Notes under the pieces: generated by a model
What the model was told of the DNA's origin: nothing
The model's database searches: none
What the model saw: only the letters and a program-made list of their open reading frames with translations
Position numbers and translations under genes: made by a program
Part shown: piece by piece, positions 62,032-64,000 of the stretch
Numbering within the stretch: position 1 is the first letter of the stretch
Layout of the letters: each line of letters starts with the position of its first letter
Assembly (NCBI GenBank): GCA_963667785.2
Contig: CAXXMU010000001.1
Coordinates: forward strand, 640,001-704,000
Origin: Alphaproteobacteria bacterium
GTDB taxonomy: Bacteria; Pseudomonadota; Alphaproteobacteria; UBA828
DNA: 64,000 bases
Direction of reading: 5' to 3'

Positions 62032-63300
62032 ATGTCAAATATATCCGGAAAGCGCGTCGCACGCGTCAAGCTCACAGTCGCCAAGCGCGCCATCGACAGC
62101 CTCAAGCCAGCCGAGAGGCCATGGATCGCGTGGGACGACAAACTCACAGGCTTTGGCGTCCAGGTCCACCCCTCCGGCGTCAAGTCGTATATCGTCAACT
62201 ACCGGCCCGGTTTGGGAGGCAGGGCGGCGCCCAACAAGCGCCTCGTCATCGGACGCTGCGACAGGATGGCGGCCGAGCACGCGCGTCGCGAGGCCCACAG
62301 GCTGCTCGGTATGGTCGCAGTCGGCGAGGACCCGGCGGCGGATCGCGCCAGGAGCCGGCGCATGCCGCTCCTCGGGCAGGCCTTCGAGGAGTACATGAAG
62401 GCCAATCCCAAGCGGAAGGCGCGCACCAACGAGCACTACCGCGATCGGTTCGAGCGGCCTCTCGCGGACTGGCTCGGCCGTCCCCTCGACGCCATCACGC
62501 GTAGCGACGTGGAGGACCGTTTCAACCGCATCACCGAGAAACACGGCTGGGCGACCGCGAATCAGTGCATCTCCCTGCTGCGCTCGGTCTATCGCCGGCC
62601 CTGCGTGGACCACGAGGGATTGGCCAATCCCGTCGATCTCTGGCTCGCGGGCGGCGGCAGGTTTCATCCCAAGCCGCGCCGCAAGATCCCGCCGCCGGCC
62701 GAGGTGCTGCCGTGCTGGCGGAAGGGCATAGAGGCCGTGGTGAGCAACCCCGCCCTTCGGGACGTGTTCTGGTTCGGCATGTACACCGGGATGCGGCGCG
62801 GCGAGGTGATGCCGCTCCGCTGGGATCGTGTCGACAGGGAGGCAGGGGTCTTCCGTTTGGACGAGACCAAGACGGGCACGCCGCTGGAGTTGCCGATCAC
62901 CCGGCAGCTCGCAGCCATCCTCGATCGCCGCTGGGCCGCGAGCGGCCATCTGAAGGGCGGCTGGGTGTTTCCCTCCGCCTCCAGCCGCACGGGCTACTTC
63001 GTGAAGCTGACCTATTTCCATCGCCGCATCAGCGAGGCCGGGGGTGCGAAGTTCTGGTTCCACGGGATGCGCAATTGCTTCATCACGGTGGCCGAGCGCG
63101 AGCTGATGCTGCCGCACGCTCTGACAAAGCGGCTGGTGAACCATGCGCCGCCCAACGACGTTACAGAGGGCTACGCCGCCGACTGGACCATCGGGCAACT
63201 CCGAGAGCCCGCTCAGCGCATCGCGGATCGCATCGAGGCGTTGATGGGAGCCGAGGCCCGCCATGTCATCGGGGGAAGGGCAGTGCTCGGGCAATCATAG
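62032..63300 (+). CDS. Tyrosine recombinase/integrase with N-terminal arm-binding domain
   Basis: WDDKLTGFGVQV arm domain; catalytic R (GMRRGE), K (TKTG), HGMR, NH, GY. Confidence 0.92.
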   Translation: MSNISGKRVARVKLTVAKRAIDSLKPAERPWIAWDDKLTGFGVQVHPSGVKSYIVNYRPGLGGRAAPNKRLVIGRCDRMAAEHARREAHRLLGMVAVGEDPAADRARSRRMPLLGQAFEEYMKANPKRKARTNEHYRDRFERPLADWLGRPLDAITRSDVEDRFNRITEKHGWATANQCISLLRSVYRRPCVDHEGLANPVDLWLAGGGRFHPKPRRKIPPPAEVLPCWRKGIEAVVSNPALRDVFWFGMYTGMRRGEVMPLRWDRVDREAGVFRLDETKTGTPLELPITRQLAAILDRRWAASGHLKGGWVFPSASSRTGYFVKLTYFHRRISEAGGAKFWFHGMRNCFITVAERELMLPHALTKRLVNHAPPNDVTEGYAADWTIGQLREPAQRIADRIEALMGAEARHVIGGRAVLGQS

Positions 63301-63337
63301 CCTGAAAAACGCAGGTTCAAGTCCTGCCCCGCAACCA
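63295..63337 (+). pseudogene. Degenerate 3' half of tRNA-fMet (att site remnant)
   Basis: TCATAGCCTGAAAAACGCAGGTTCAAGTCCTGCCCCGCAACCA versus the usual initiator tRNA end TCATAACCTGAAGGTCGCAGGTTCAAATCCTGCCCCCGCAACCA (recalled); no 5' half. Confidence 0.78.
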
Positions 63338-63341
63338 CTGA

Positions 63342-63383
63342 AAACGGCGCTAACTTAATGAGTTAGCGCCGTTTCTCGTTTTC
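63342..63383 (+). terminator. Intrinsic terminator-like hairpin after the tRNA fragment
   Basis: AAACGGCGCTAACT-N5-AGTTAGCGCCGTTT, 14-bp stem, followed by CTCGTTTT. Confidence 0.7.
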
Positions 63384-63495
63384 AACTCCCTGTAATTCTT
63401 CCAGACTGGCAAACTATTGGCAAACGTTTTGGATCAATCTCCAGGCCTCTCCAGGCGGCTAAGGGCCGTTTTCGCTCGTTCACCGGATGAAGAAT

Positions 63496-64000
63496 TGTAA
63501 GCGATGGAGTGGACGCCCCTCCCGACGGCATCGCGACGTGCCATGTTGGCGGTGGTGTTAACGCCAAGAGAGGAAAGGGGCGCCCATGGACCAAGCTACC
63601 ATGATCGGGATCGATCTTGCGAAGAACAGCTTTCAACTGCACGGCGCATGGGCCGACGGATCGGTGGCGTTTCGCAAGAAGCTGAGCCGGGGGAGAGTAC
63701 TGGAGTTTCTGGCATCCCAGCCGAGTTGCGAGGTGGCGATGGAGGCCTGCGCCGGCGCTCATTACTGGGGTCGGGAGATCGGCGATCTGGGTCACACGGT
63801 GAGGTTGATCCCACCGCAATATGTCAAGCCTTACGTCAAGCGTCAGAAGAACGACACCGCGGATGCAGAGGCGATCTGCGAAGCGGCGTCTCGTCCAACG
63901 ATGAATTTCGTGGCGGTCAAGACGGCGGAGCAGCAGGGTCGGGTGATGCTGTTCCGGACACGCGATCTGCTGGTGCGTCAGCGCACCCAGACGATCAACG
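63496..64000 (+). mobile_element. IS110-family (IS1111-like) insertion sequence, left part
   Basis: Short left non-coding end with ATGGAGTGGACGCCCC, followed by the transposase; left boundary approximate. Confidence 0.8.
63586..64000 (+). CDS. IS110-family transposase/recombinase (truncated by window end)
   Basis: Manual translation MDQATMIGIDLAKNSFQLHG..AMEAC..YVKRQKNDTADAEAI shows the DEDD RuvC-like tetrad. Confidence 0.93.
   Translation, partial: MDQATMIGIDLAKNSFQLHGAWADGSVAFRKKLSRGRVLEFLASQPSCEVAMEACAGAHYWGREIGDLGHTVRLIPPQYVKPYVKRQKNDTADAEAICEAASRPTMNFVAVKTAEQQGRVMLFRTRDLLVRQRTQTIN

Noticed and set aside
63295-63337. Functional tRNA-Met gene
   Set aside because: No 5' half or D-arm, and several substitutions; treated as an att remnant.

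Overview
High-GC (about 70% by eye) alphaproteobacterial chromosome segment. Rhodospirillales-like placement is inferred from gene order, the two-piece tmRNA and the GTTC-N7-GTTC SOS box. It is mostly housekeeping: hflK (partial), mrp, thyX, permuted ssrA, sspB, fumC, aminopeptidase P, prmA, ffs-dnaX-ybaB-recR, a porin, ccmDEFGHI, holA-lptE-leuS, tRNA-Cys, lptFGD-surA-rsmA, gmk-yicC-mltG-fabF-acpP-fabG-fabD, rpsF-rpsR-rplI, cfa, dnaB, an SOS-boxed radical SAM-rnhB-L,D-transpeptidase unit, yggS/thiE and trpDC-moaC-moeA. Mobile DNA occupies the right end: a MITE-like element, a tyrosine integrase ending in a tRNA-fMet att remnant, and a partial IS110/IS1111 transposase. Main observations: (1) a sulfotransferase is translationally coupled to a single-chain fusion of degenerate CysD, CysN lacking its GTPase domain, and intact CysC APS kinase; (2) a candidate attenuator uORF with three tandem CGA Arg codons precedes a GNAT gene; (3) aminopeptidase P carries a YgfB-like N-terminal domain; (4) the porin promoter has a Fur-like box; (5) a DnaA-box-like cluster lies before dnaB; (6) several usual neighbours are missing or displaced (pdxA, ccmC, trpG, lexA). 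No CRISPR array was seen. All calls come from motif recognition by eye; no searches were run.
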